DNA from: a virus
Lineage: Duplodnaviria > Caudoviricetes
Virus record (IMG/VR): IMGVR_UViG_3300027752_000028
Coordinates: 1 to 51,187 of that record
Direction: 5' to 3' (one strand)
DNA length: 51,187 nt
Below are positions 1-9,019 of the stretch, piece after piece. Made by a program: the position numbers and the translations under genes. The notes under the pieces were generated by a model, which was not told the origin of the DNA, did not search any database, and saw only the letters and a list, made by a program, of their open reading frames with translations. Each line of letters opens with the position of its first letter. The first letter of the stretch is position 1.

Positions 1-2
1 TT

Positions 3-1946
3 ATAGAAAAACATTTTGGGCGGTTTTATGCTAAAGGTGGCACTATTGAATGTGGTTCTTGTAGTTGGTCTTGGGATGAAAAAGATGGTGGAGATGATAT
101 GTACGTTTGTCATAAATGCGGAACAGATAATACATCTAAATATGATGATTCAAAATCTTTTGACAAAGCAAGAGAGGAACTTGGAAAAGAATACCTTGAA
201 AATTTAGATAAGTTTGCGGAAGGCGGTCAATTACAAACTGACGAATTTCCCGATAATTTAGATGAAGCAACATTTATAAAAGATTTAGGTGGTTCTACGG
301 GCGCAAAACTATATGAATATAAAGGGAAAGAATTTGTATTAAAATTAGGAGCAACTTCGGGTCAATCTTACGATGAGTTTCTTGCCAATCAAATTTATTA
401 TTTACTTGATGTTCCCGTTCCACGCTCATCTTTTGTTGGAGGTTCAGTAGTTAAGGAATTTATCGGAAAAGAAAGAGATGTTGATTATAACGAGTATTCT
501 GATTTAAAATTAATAGCAAAAGGTTATGTGGCAGATGCTCTTTTAGGTAATTGGGATATATATAAAAATGACAATATAATAATAAAAGAAGGAACAATAT
601 CTCCATTTAGAATAGATAGCGGAGGTTCTTTAAGATACCGAGCAAGAGGAGAGGAGAAGGAAAACTTTGGCAGAGAGGTTACTGAATTAGAAACTTTAAA
701 AGAAAATAACCCAAAACTAAAACCATATATTACTGATAAAGTAATTAAAAACGGAATTGAAAAGGTTATAAAAGAAAAAGAAAACATTTTAGACCTTTTT
801 AAAGACGATGGTCGTTTTAGAATTAAAATGGAGGGTAGAATAAGCTATCTTGAGGGAGTTTTGAATGAAATCGATGATAGAAGGGGAGTAAATTTTGTAG
901 AAGAAGATTTAGAAGTAGAGCCTAAGAAAGAAGTTGTAGAAACCAAAGAACCATCTTTTGAAGAAAAATTTTTAGTAAATAAGATTTCTGAATTAAGGAA
1001 AAGATATGAAATTAAAAAAAGGTATTTATCTGAAATTCAAAAAGGAATTGCTTTAAGAGATATTAGAAAGTTTGAGATAGCTTTAGATGAAATACGACTA
1101 AACAATACATCATTTTTAAATCTTTTAGAAAACTTTATAAACTCTACAACAGTTGAATTTGGGGATGTTAATGAAAAAAGAACTCCACGAAAAGGAAAAT
1201 CAATAAGTGGAGAAAAATCCGAATTAACTAAAAAGGAATATGATGCAGTTAGGTCTGAAAGTTTTATTAATTGGTTTGGAGATTGGGAAGTAGCAAACGA
1301 AACGGGTAATTACGAAGGGGTTTCTAAAATAATTAATTCTGAAACCAAAGAGCCTTTAGTTGTTTATCACGGAACTGATACTAAATTTATTAGTTGGGAA
1401 ACATACGCTAAAAACAACTTACATTACTTTGCTAAAAAGAAAAGATTTGCTGATTTCTTTGCTACATCGTGGCAAGAACGTACAGATGATGCGGGTGTTA
1501 AAAGTGCTGAAATAAAATCAGATAATCCAATAAAGGGAACTTTTGTCTATTCTTGTTTTTTAGATATAAAAAATCCGATAGATTTTACACCATTTGGTAT
1601 TGATAAAGTACCATTTAATGATTATTTAAAGTATCTTGAAATCAAATACGAATTGGATTTATCAAGAATAGAGGGTTATAATGACTTAAAAGACAGAACT
1701 GAAAAAGTTTATTCTTGGGTAGTAATTAGAAAATGGCAACAATTTAATTTGTTTATAAAAAACAATACTCCTTATGATGGCTTTTCTTTTTATGAATTTA
1801 TACCCGATTCGCAAAGAAGGGGTTTTGAAGATGCTTCTTTGTCATTTACTGCATTTAATTCTAATCAAATAAAATTTACAAATAACACATCTTTCAGTAA
1901 GTTTACCGATGATAGTAGGCTTGAAGTTGGAGGAATAATTTTTTAA
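3..1946 (+). CDS. 5'-truncated polyvalent protein: YAKGG junction, CxxC..CxxC Zn ribbon, FAEGG junction, HipA/PI3K-like kinase domain, ART-PolyVal-like ADP-ribosyltransferase domain
   Basis: The frame of the 99..1946 ORF is open back to nt 3 (IEKHFGRFYAKGGTIECGSC...MYVCHKC). Kinase-like motifs: LGGSTGA, FVLK, EFLAN, DALLGNWD, RIDSGGSL. ART-PolyVal-like motifs: FINWFGDW, PLVVYHGT, FLDIKNPID, FNSNQIK. Ends LEVGGIIF. Confidence 0.8.
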   Translation: MEKHFGRFYAKGGTIECGSCSWSWDEKDGGDDMYVCHKCGTDNTSKYDDSKSFDKAREELGKEYLENLDKFAEGGQLQTDEFPDNLDEATFIKDLGGSTGAKLYEYKGKEFVLKLGATSGQSYDEFLANQIYYLLDVPVPRSSFVGGSVVKEFIGKERDVDYNEYSDLKLIAKGYVADALLGNWDIYKNDNIIIKEGTISPFRIDSGGSLRYRARGEEKENFGREVTELETLKENNPKLKPYITDKVIKNGIEKVIKEKENILDLFKDDGRFRIKMEGRISYLEGVLNEIDDRRGVNFVEEDLEVEPKKEVVETKEPSFEEKFLVNKISELRKRYEIKKRYLSEIQKGIALRDIRKFEIALDEIRLNNTSFLNLLENFINSTTVEFGDVNEKRTPRKGKSISGEKSELTKKEYDAVRSESFINWFGDWEVANETGNYEGVSKIINSETKEPLVVYHGTDTKFISWETYAKNNLHYFAKKKRFADFFATSWQERTDDAGVKSAEIKSDNPIKGTFVYSCFLDIKNPIDFTPFGIDKVPFNDYLKYLEIKYELDLSRIEGYNDLKDRTEKVYSWVVIRKWQQFNLFIKNNTPYDGFSFYEFIPDSQRRGFEDASLSFTAFNSNQIKFTNNTSFSKFTDDSRLEVGGIIF

Positions 1947-1950
1947 AAAA

Positions 1951-3024
1951 ATGGGAAGAATATTAAATACTTTAGAACGAATAACAAGTCAAAGTGGATT
2001 GTCTGCGGGAATTAACGATGTTTCAGATGTCGAACTTTTAGTTTCAACATTGCCAAATGTATCAAAAGAAACATTAAAGAGAGATTTGGGGTTAGATAAT
2101 GCAACAACAGATTCTCAATTAGTTTCCTTGATAGCAAGTGATGAGTTCGATGGTGGAGAGCCATTTACACCCGTTATCGACCCTATTGACATTGAAGGTA
2201 TGCAACCTTTTGAATCGGCAGTAGGTCGAGAAGATGACCCTAATGGGTCAATAATTGATTTTTTGGACAACCCTAACTTACAAGATAGCGAAGGTCAAGG
2301 TCAAGGAGAAGGAGAAGGAGAAGGAGAAGGCGAAGGAGAAGGTCAAGGTCAAGGAGAAGGAGAAGGAGAAGGTCAAGGAGAAGGTCAAGGAGAAGGAGAA
2401 GGTCAAGGAGAAGGTCAAGGAGAAGGGGAAGGTCAAGGAGAAGGGGAAGGTCAAGGAGAAGGAGAGGGAGAAGGTCAAGGTCAAGGAGAAGGAGAAGGAG
2501 AAGGCGAAGGCGAAGGTCAAGGAGAAGGCGAAGGAGAAAGTGAACAACAAGAAAAAGTTGAAAACGAACTTTTAGAATTTGGGTACCAACCTTTATTTAT
2601 GGACTTAAATAAGGTCTTGAACAATGGCTTTAAAGAGGAAGTTGATGGACTTACTAAATATTTATTAATAGAAGAATTAAAATATGTTACTGTTCACTAC
2701 TTGTGTAGAATGGATAAAGAAAGACTTTATTACAACATAACTGTTTATAGTAAAGAAAATATTAAACCTCAAGACTTTAACTATGAAGTAGAAGCTAAAT
2801 TTAGGTTATTTATTGAATCAGAGTTTAAGGTTATAGTTAAGTTTTTTGCAACTGAAAAATCTGATGAATTAATGACAGAAAGTACTGTTTTTGATGAGCG
2901 TTTAAATAAAACAAATGCTTTTGATACTTTTAATTTAGAATATCAAAAAGCCATTAAAGAACTTAACAAAGCATTAATTAGCGAAGCAGAAATATGCTCA
3001 CAATTTATAGAAAATATTAAATAA
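1951..3024 (+). CDS. Acidic hypothetical protein with a long (GE/GQ)n low-complexity linker
   Basis: 357-aa ORF starting 4 nt after the previous stop and abutting the AAA+ gene; about 80 aa of GEGQGEG repeats. Confidence 0.8.
   Translation: MGRILNTLERITSQSGLSAGINDVSDVELLVSTLPNVSKETLKRDLGLDNATTDSQLVSLIASDEFDGGEPFTPVIDPIDIEGMQPFESAVGREDDPNGSIIDFLDNPNLQDSEGQGQGEGEGEGEGEGEGQGQGEGEGEGQGEGQGEGEGQGEGQGEGEGQGEGEGQGEGEGEGQGQGEGEGEGEGEGQGEGEGESEQQEKVENELLEFGYQPLFMDLNKVLNNGFKEEVDGLTKYLLIEELKYVTVHYLCRMDKERLYYNITVYSKENIKPQDFNYEVEAKFRLFIESEFKVIVKFFATEKSDELMTESTVFDERLNKTNAFDTFNLEYQKAIKELNKALISEAEICSQFIENIK
2290..2538. repeat. Coding tandem repeat of 6-bp units (GGAGAA/GGTCAA variants)
   Basis: Directly visible gaaggtcaaggagaaggagaa array encoding Gly-Glu/Gly-Gln dipeptides. 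Confidence 0.95.
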
Positions 3025-3031
3025 CGAAAAA

Positions 3032-4435
3032 ATGACTTTAACTAAAGAAGAATTAAAAGATAAAATAGCAAACGAATCAAATCCCGTATTGGTAGATGCT
3101 TACCAAGAAGAACTTGACAAGTTAATTGCATTAGAGAATTTAGATGACGACTTAACAGATGATGAGGTTTCAACTCTTATTAATAAATTAAGTTCGCAAC
3201 TTGATAAAGCAGTAGGCTCTGTTACGTTACAAGACGATAAAGTAAGAGATATTGTTTCTGATGAAGTAAAATCAACCAAGTTTGGTATTAGTAACTTACA
3301 AAAAGACGTTGTTGATTTAATTGGTAGAAGCCAAACAGTAACTCTTGTAAACTTTCAAAATATAAAAGCTAAAACAGAAGGTGGTAAGGTTAGAAGAATA
3401 TTTGAAGTAATACTTTCTGATGCAGAAGCGGGTAACAATGTTTATTTATATGGAGGTGCGGGAACGGGTAAAACATATATTTCGGGTCAAATAGCAGATG
3501 CCTTAAATTATAAACTTATTACACTTAACTGTAACCAATTCACGGGAGAATTACAAATTGTTGGAGGTCAAACCATTGAAGGTTATCAAGAAGGTCGTAT
3601 GACACAAGCCTTTGGTAATTTAGATGAAGATGGTAAAAAAGGTCTTGGGGTAAATCCTAATAACGGGAAGCCATATAGCGGTGCTTTATTATTACTTGAT
3701 GAGTTGCCAAAACTTGACCCAAACTCTGCGGGTGTTTTGAATGATGGATTATCCAAAATAAAAGACCCTTATAAGTATAGAGTTGTTGATGGAAAAGAAA
3801 AATTAATACCACCATCTATTATGAATGGTAGAGGTCAATTAGTAGAAAAAGGAAATATTTTTGTTATTGCAACGGGTAACTCAAAGCTAAATGAAGCTGA
3901 TGCGGATTATGAAGCAAACTTTAAGCAAGATTTATCGTTACAAGATAGATTTGTTGGAAGTGTATATAAATTAATTATCGACCCTCAATATGAATTAGAC
4001 CAAATAATGAGTGGTATTATGGTAGAGTTAAATGGTAAAAAATCTATATGTAATTTCACTTTCATATTTAATTTCTTGTTTAAGCTAAGAAACGCTATTG
4101 AAACAAGAGATAGATATTCTTCTCGTGCATTTGTATCTACAAGGGCAATGGTTTCAATGAGAGACACTTATATTGCTTACAGAATCAACAAAGAGCAAAA
4201 AAACCCAATACCTAACGCTAAAACATTGCAAGAGGGTATTGAATCTTTTTTAGATTTATTCACTGCAAGTCAAAAGGGCGAATTAATGAAAGATGTAAAT
4301 GTTGATGAGTTTTTCAAATTAGTTGATGTTAAAAACAATATGCCAATAGGAGATTTAGATTCTGATATTGACAAAACAGAAGCGGAAGCACTAATAATGG
4401 CTTTTAATCAAAAAAATAAGGGTGTAATAAAATAG
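3032..4435 (+). CDS. MoxR/CobS-like AAA+ ATPase
   Basis: Walker A NVYLYGGAGTGKT, Walker B LLLLDE, sensor-1 ATGN, arginine finger LQDRF, sensor-2-like STR. Confidence 0.85.
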   Translation: MTLTKEELKDKIANESNPVLVDAYQEELDKLIALENLDDDLTDDEVSTLINKLSSQLDKAVGSVTLQDDKVRDIVSDEVKSTKFGISNLQKDVVDLIGRSQTVTLVNFQNIKAKTEGGKVRRIFEVILSDAEAGNNVYLYGGAGTGKTYISGQIADALNYKLITLNCNQFTGELQIVGGQTIEGYQEGRMTQAFGNLDEDGKKGLGVNPNNGKPYSGALLLLDELPKLDPNSAGVLNDGLSKIKDPYKYRVVDGKEKLIPPSIMNGRGQLVEKGNIFVIATGNSKLNEADADYEANFKQDLSLQDRFVGSVYKLIIDPQYELDQIMSGIMVELNGKKSICNFTFIFNFLFKLRNAIETRDRYSSRAFVSTRAMVSMRDTYIAYRINKEQKNPIPNAKTLQEGIESFLDLFTASQKGELMKDVNVDEFFKLVDVKNNMPIGDLDSDIDKTEAEALIMAFNQKNKGVIK

Positions 4436-4436
4436 T

Positions 4437-6185
4437 ATGGGATTAGACAGTAGATACCAAAAAATTAGCGGATTATCGCAAAGCCAAATAGCTTTTAGTG
4501 AAAGCCCTAAAGCCTATGCAGAAAAAGGCAAAGCTACCGCTATTGCAAATTCAATGAAAGTATTAACTGACAATGAACTTGTAGGTGGGAGTGGAGGTAC
4601 GGGAGATTTTGGGTTTAATTTTTATGGCTACTCATCTAACAGTAATCAAAGTGTTCAAGAGCAATTTCAAATTGATAATATTTTAGGACAATATTTTTTT
4701 CCCCCACTAATTACCGCAATAGATGGTTTTTTAGATGAAGTTGAATCAAAATTAGATTTAGGTGGAGATTTAAAAAAAGCACGAATTGAATACTCATCGA
4801 TACCCAAAGGAATATTTGATTTCAGTAAAGCATCAAGAGGATTAATTAGACCCGTAGAGTATTATTGTTCTGAAATTGATGCCTTGATACCCCCAAATGA
4901 TGTAACATTTAATTATATAAACTTAAATAAAACTTATTTTACAACTATAAAAGGCAAAAAATTTGTTTGTGAGCCAAGACAAGAAGGAACAACAGAAATG
5001 TTAAAGGCTTTTCCCGATAAGTTAAGAAAGGTTCTGTTACCAAGCCTTAACTTGTTTGTACCCGAAACAATAACGGGAGAACAAGTTACCAAAATGGGAG
5101 GTAAGCGATTAAGATTTACCTCAACAGAAAAAAAAGTATATGCTTACAGAAAAAGACTTGGTGGCGGTGTTGCTCCATTTGTAGATGTTTATATAAATAA
5201 TATTGGTTATTGGGGAACTACAAGTGAAGGAAGATTTTTAAAAGCATTGCCCGTTCTAACTATGTGCAAAGTATTACAATCTGCGGGTGTTAGAACAAGA
5301 GTTTGGGTTGGAGAATTTTCACAATGGCGAAGTAATATGTATATCGCACCAATTTTAGTAAAAGAGTATGGAGAGCCTTTGGATTTTAATAAAATAGGTG
5401 TTGTAGCTTCTGATAGTAGATTTTTTAGAGGTGTTGGTCAAACATCAAAAGGTGGGGTTTTGTATGAAAACTCTCTTTTTTGGAATAAAAAAGATAAAAG
5501 AGTTGATAAGCTAACAACCTCTTTTGATTGGGGTAGCAATCAAGTATTTAGCGAAGATGAAAGTTCGGAATCTATGAAGTATGTTAAAAACGCATTTAAG
5601 GAATATGAAAAATTAGGATTGGTTAAGCCAACTCAAGCACCAAAAGACCTAATGATTTATTTACCATCTCCATTTAGAGGGGATGAATCTTTTATGAAAT
5701 ATGAAGATATGGATGGAAATTCAGTAAGAATACAAGACTGCACCTCAAATGTTGTTAATGGAGAACGTGTATTAACGCTGAACGGACAAAACATAAAAGC
5801 CATCCCCGAACAAGATAAGGTAGATTTAATAGTGGAGTATTTTTACAGAGGTATTGATTATGTTCAATTAATACTAACAAAAAACCCTAAATCAATTATA
5901 GCACAAGCAAGGAGAAGGGTTGCTGATGAGAATATAGAAAAAGGCTATTCTGTTAGTGAATCAGAGGATAGGGCAGACAAATATTTAAGAGAAACATTAA
6001 TTGGGGATGTATTTAAAAATGTTACTTATACAAGCAATGACGAGCCTAATCCAAATGAGATGCAAAAAATATATCAATCTTCTCAAGAAGAAATACAGAG
6101 TGGAAAAGAAAAAAGAGCAAAACTAATAGATATGATTAACGACCAAATTGTTAGTCCATATTACAAATCAAATCAAATACCATAA
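4437..6185 (+). CDS. Probable degenerate vWA-domain partner of the MoxR ATPase
   Basis: Starts 1 nt after the AAA+ stop. The segment VDVYIN...VLQSAGVRTRV...ILVKEYGEPLD...SRFFR resembles phage vWA-like MoxR partners; no intact MIDAS DxSxS. Confidence 0.5.
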   Translation: MGLDSRYQKISGLSQSQIAFSESPKAYAEKGKATAIANSMKVLTDNELVGGSGGTGDFGFNFYGYSSNSNQSVQEQFQIDNILGQYFFPPLITAIDGFLDEVESKLDLGGDLKKARIEYSSIPKGIFDFSKASRGLIRPVEYYCSEIDALIPPNDVTFNYINLNKTYFTTIKGKKFVCEPRQEGTTEMLKAFPDKLRKVLLPSLNLFVPETITGEQVTKMGGKRLRFTSTEKKVYAYRKRLGGGVAPFVDVYINNIGYWGTTSEGRFLKALPVLTMCKVLQSAGVRTRVWVGEFSQWRSNMYIAPILVKEYGEPLDFNKIGVVASDSRFFRGVGQTSKGGVLYENSLFWNKKDKRVDKLTTSFDWGSNQVFSEDESSESMKYVKNAFKEYEKLGLVKPTQAPKDLMIYLPSPFRGDESFMKYEDMDGNSVRIQDCTSNVVNGERVLTLNGQNIKAIPEQDKVDLIVEYFYRGIDYVQLILTKNPKSIIAQARRRVADENIEKGYSVSESEDRADKYLRETLIGDVFKNVTYTSNDEPNPNEMQKIYQSSQEEIQSGKEKRAKLIDMINDQIVSPYYKSNQIP

Positions 6186-6186
6186 G

Positions 6187-9009
6187 ATGACTAAAAATAA
6201 TATATTCTTGTTAGATGGCTATACATCTTTTTATACTTTAGGAGCATTATCAGATGATTCTGATGATGTTTTAACAATTAGTCAAATCCTTTATGATGGA
6301 GGCACTTTTGATAAAAAAAACCTAGTATCTAAAGCATTTGATGTTAAATCATTTGAAACTTCTGTTGTATTTGACATTAAAACTACAAGAGATTTAAAAA
6401 GATTAAATAAACCTAATCAGCCATATAGTTTAAAAGCGGGTAGCAACGTAAGGTATAAAAACAAAAGCTACGATGTAATTGGATTCTATTACAATCAATT
6501 TGCTCAATTAAACATTGTTAGCCCTATATTATTTAACCCTTCAAGCCTTGTATCTGATGTATCAAACTTATTTTATGGGCTAAAAACTAATGACGAAGTA
6601 AAGCAAATCATAAACGATAATTTAAAGGCGGGTAAATACTCTGCGGATATTTTATTCCCATTGACTGTTGGTGTTAAAAATTACAAAAAAGAACTTTCTA
6701 ATATTCTGCAACCCCCATTCACAAGTTTAGATTCAATTTCTATAAAAAGAAAAGAACAAGTTAAGTCGGGAGAGCCCCTTGTACCTTATCAGCTTGACTT
6801 AAACCAATTAGACTTTGATAAGTTTAAGGCTAATATGGATGGTAATATGGAGTGGCGAGGTAAAAAAGATGATGCTTCGTATTTAGATATAAAAAACTTT
6901 AAAGATTTAGTAGAGAAAAAAATAGATAGTGATGGAGAGTATAGTGTTTTTGGTGGGGTTTATATAAAATCTCATTTAAGAGTTAGTGGTAAACAAAACT
7001 CTTTATTGCCTTATAGTTTAATTCCTCAAAGTGTTATAAATTCTGATGATATGACGGATTTAGGAGGGGCAAAAATATTGTACTCCACACCAATAGGCGA
7101 CATAAAGCCGATACTAAGATATGGGGTAAATCATAAAAGTCATACCATAACTAATATGAATATGGGGTCATATAGTTTTGGAATTGGTCACGCAGATTTT
7201 ATTCGTATAAAACAAAATAGGTTCATAAATAATCTTTTATTTAAAGACCCAAGTTTAAAAGGTAGTTTTTATGGTTCAAACCTTTCATCTAACGACTTTA
7301 TCAATGAAAACGATAGTATGTTAGAAACGGGAAATAGCCTATATAATAATCCTTATGAATCTGCAAAAATATATGTTTTAAAAGAAAACACTTTTTATGG
7401 TGGTTTTTTTGCTTCAAGTGGAACTATTGAGGTTAATTCTGATACAGATAATGAAATACTGCCATTTGGAGCAGTTTTTAAGAAAAATGGAGTTTATTAT
7501 TACCTAATAAGTTACTTAAACGCTGACTATTGTTTCTGTGTTAAAACAAGCACAAGAGATAAAATCATAAGTCCAAGGTTTATTCCACAGAATAGAACTG
7601 AAATTAAAGCATCTTTCAGAAAATTTACTAAAAAAGAAGTTTTTAATGCCTTTAAAAAAGAGGGGCATATATTTGACATCCCCGATTCATATTATTCTTT
7701 GCCACAGTCTAAACCAAATATAGATAAAGAAAAAAGAAAAGATATAAATTCAACATTAGTTACAGATGTTTTTTTAGACAAAAGAAAAGAACAGTTCGAT
7801 GTTTTACAGAATAATTTTCCCGAATTAGGTAATACTTTTTTAGGAATTTTATCTGTTTTAGATAAATCATTATCTAAGCCAAAATTAGATAAACTTGTTT
7901 TTGAGAAGGGATTGGTTTATCTGACTTTATTATATGGAGAAGGTAATTTTGTACAAAACCGTACCTCATACCAAGATGGAGATGGAGCCCTAAAAAAGTG
8001 GTCAAAAATGATTGGCGAAAAAGAGCTAATGGATTACACTATTATATTAGAACAACAAAAAGAATTTTCAAAAATATCAAAAGAAATAGTTGATTTAGCG
8101 TTTTATACTTCAAAAGTTATAATAGAGGAAAACCCACTTTATATAGGTTTGAAAAGTTTTGAGGATTATCAGAAATACGCATTAACAAGATTAGTTTTAA
8201 ACATTTGGGATAATGCAAGTTTATGGGAATTAAATGGCTCAAAGACATATTCACGAGATAATATATCATTCCCATCCCATAATCAGATTAATGTATTGTC
8301 TAAAGATATATTCTTAGGCGATTTACCACCAATGTTTTTAAGTGGAATTAAACAAAAAAGAACATCAGATGGTTTGGAATATTGCTTTTACATAGGTACA
8401 AGATTTAGTAATTATTTAGGCATAAGACTTAAAGATTTAAAATCCATTAGAACAAACCTTTACAAAATTGCTCAAATAATTTTTGTAAGTAATATTTTAC
8501 AATTACTTTATAAAAACGCATATAGTGTTTTAATAGCAAAAGCCAACAATAATTATGATGATTTTATAGAAAACTCAAACTTCATAAGACAAATAAAGCA
8601 ATTCGATTTATCAATACCATTTAATGAATATGTTGATAATTTAACAGATTTAAGATTTGACCCAACTTCCATAGCTAGTCGAGATTTATCCTTTCAGTTG
8701 TCTGAAAGCGATTTTAAATTATCACAGATTTTTAGATATATTAACAATATGCAATTTAATAGAGATGAAGATATTTTTAAAGAATTGATATTGCAATTAG
8801 ATAAATTGTATGGCGGTATTTTTAAATTAAAAGAAAGAATAATAGACAACAAATCAACAGAGATATTAAACAACTTTCCTAAAGTTAAAATAGAAGAAAT
8901 AGAAGAAGATTTGTTTGACGATACAGACTTATTTGAAGATGCCTTTGAAGAATTAGGAGACGAATTTTTAGAAAATTTAGAAGAATTAGATATAGACGAA
9001 CTTATATAA
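6187..9009 (+). CDS. Large hypothetical protein with an acidic C-terminal tail
   Basis: Track ORF 6148..9009; ATG at 6187 follows the previous stop by 1 nt. No domain recognised. Confidence 0.8.
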   Translation: MTKNNIFLLDGYTSFYTLGALSDDSDDVLTISQILYDGGTFDKKNLVSKAFDVKSFETSVVFDIKTTRDLKRLNKPNQPYSLKAGSNVRYKNKSYDVIGFYYNQFAQLNIVSPILFNPSSLVSDVSNLFYGLKTNDEVKQIINDNLKAGKYSADILFPLTVGVKNYKKELSNILQPPFTSLDSISIKRKEQVKSGEPLVPYQLDLNQLDFDKFKANMDGNMEWRGKKDDASYLDIKNFKDLVEKKIDSDGEYSVFGGVYIKSHLRVSGKQNSLLPYSLIPQSVINSDDMTDLGGAKILYSTPIGDIKPILRYGVNHKSHTITNMNMGSYSFGIGHADFIRIKQNRFINNLLFKDPSLKGSFYGSNLSSNDFINENDSMLETGNSLYNNPYESAKIYVLKENTFYGGFFASSGTIEVNSDTDNEILPFGAVFKKNGVYYYLISYLNADYCFCVKTSTRDKIISPRFIPQNRTEIKASFRKFTKKEVFNAFKKEGHIFDIPDSYYSLPQSKPNIDKEKRKDINSTLVTDVFLDKRKEQFDVLQNNFPELGNTFLGILSVLDKSLSKPKLDKLVFEKGLVYLTLLYGEGNFVQNRTSYQDGDGALKKWSKMIGEKELMDYTIILEQQKEFSKISKEIVDLAFYTSKVIIEENPLYIGLKSFEDYQKYALTRLVLNIWDNASLWELNGSKTYSRDNISFPSHNQINVLSKDIFLGDLPPMFLSGIKQKRTSDGLEYCFYIGTRFSNYLGIRLKDLKSIRTNLYKIAQIIFVSNILQLLYKNAYSVLIAKANNNYDDFIENSNFIRQIKQFDLSIPFNEYVDNLTDLRFDPTSIASRDLSFQLSESDFKLSQIFRYINNMQFNRDEDIFKELILQLDKLYGGIFKLKERIIDNKSTEILNNFPKVKIEEIEEDLFDDTDLFEDAFEELGDEFLENLEELDIDELI

Positions 9010-9019
9010 ATAAAACATT

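Noticed and set aside
16-207. 63-aa ORF at 16..207 and an ATG start at 99
   Set aside because: Frame 3 is open from nt 3 and gives YAKGG plus the first half of the Zn ribbon, so the gene starts upstream of the window.
2290-2538. Collagen-like repeat
   Set aside because: The period is Gly-X (2 residues), not Gly-X-Y.
2255-2575. KEKEK and FSFSL ORFs (2255..2575 + and 2278..2550 -)
   Set aside because: These are alternative-frame shadows of the GE/GQ repeat inside the 1951..3024 gene.
3032-6185. Cobalamin chelatase cobS/cobT as auxiliary metabolic genes
   Set aside because: No other cobalamin genes are present; phage MoxR/vWA pairs are generic chaperone-like modules.
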